DNA of 63,765 nucleotides, the filler included, from Octopus bimaculoides (lineage: Eukaryota), in NCBI RefSeq assembly GCF_001194135.2. It is 4 parts of 4 records of this genome, joined end to end, with 100 filler letters (N's around TTAATTAATTAA, not from the genome) between each part and the next. Parts side by side here need not be neighbours in the genome. Positions count along the whole stretch, not along the records: positions 55,567 to 63,765 come from NC_068987.1; 3 more parts are not named here. One strand, given 5' to 3'. The position numbers were made by a program, and so were the translations under genes. The notes under the pieces were generated by a model, which saw only the letters and a list, made by a program, of their open reading frames with translations, had not been told where the DNA came from and did not search any database. This document shows positions 62,866 to 63,765 of this stretch, in pieces. Numbering within the stretch: position 1 is the stretch's first letter; every line of letters begins with the position of its first letter.

Positions 62866-63765
62866 ATATTATATGTTGCTGGTTGTAAATTGAGACTGTG
62901 TTGAAGCTCACTTTGTCTCCGATTTATAGTACAAGTGTCAGTCGAAAAACCGATATTTATCACAAATAAATGTATGCTACCAATGAGAACATTTCTTTTC
63001 TTTTTGCTCTAGTCTTAAGCTATCTAGTGTTTATTTCTTCCAGACTAATCTAATCAAAACAGATTTTAGAAAATTTGCAAAACAATAAAGCTCAATTGTT
63101 TTTTTTTATTTTCTGCAAAGCAACATTATTATTAAATTTTCAACGCTAAGTGTTTCGAACTCCGTAGAGCAATCTTGAATCTCCAAGCGAATGACAAGTG
63201 TAACCTGGTTTCATTTCAAATTGATACTAGTTAAATTCACTTAAAATTCAATTGCCGTTGGGAAAGCCGTCGGCATAATACAATCGAATAGTAAACACAT
63301 TTATACCTAAGATACTCTGTATGTGTACATACTAAAAATATATAAAACATTTAGTATATAAATGGAAAAGGTATTTGCAAATAATTCTTCAAGAAATAAA
63401 ATATAAAACTGAATCAAAAATAAAGAATTCTCTGAAAAAAATATCTCTTTTATATTTGTTGTGACCTTTGAACGGGGAGTTTAGAATGAATAATCATATG
63501 ATTTGTAAGTATGATAGTTAGTTTTCATTATTTGAGTTGTGCTACCCAGTTGTTTGACCGCATGTATACTTTTATTAATTTTATATACTTAAGAATATAA
63601 TTGCCTACTCCCAAAAAGTAACAAAATTAATTGATAGTATGCCTAAATGGACATATTCATAGTAGCGTCTACAAATACAGAAAAAAACATGGCGTAAACG
63701 TTTCTATAAAGACAAGTTAGATGAATAAAATTTGAGAACACACATATCTATCTAGCTCTCTCTCT

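Overview
Eukaryotic scaffold window: AT-rich, dense in microsatellites, with 10 N-gaps. The SINE and LINE repertoire suggests a cephalopod (octopus-type) genome; this is my inference. I cannot support an intact protein-coding gene, and almost all supplied ORFs are microsatellite or N-gap read-throughs. The recognisable content is mobile DNA. It includes a full-length mariner with TIRs, TA TSD and a D,D34D transposase pseudogene (57630-58920), two internally deleted mariner MITEs, and many R4/Dong-type (REL endonuclease) LINE fragments stacked in (TAA)n tracts. There is also a ~550-bp non-coding (TAA)n-associated element in four copies, RTE, CR1-like, Tx1/L1-like and Penelope relics, a 3' LTR with its polypurine tract, and numerous tRNA-derived SINEs. 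The most interesting signals are a minimal type I hammerhead ribozyme motif next to a perfect 19-bp hairpin (48236-48354), an RTE ORF ending in three C2H2 zinc fingers, and the fixed-end 550-bp element. A possible CpG-decay boundary near 7.8 kb and phase-compatible minus-strand exon candidates at 0.9-1.6 kb may mark an unidentified host gene.
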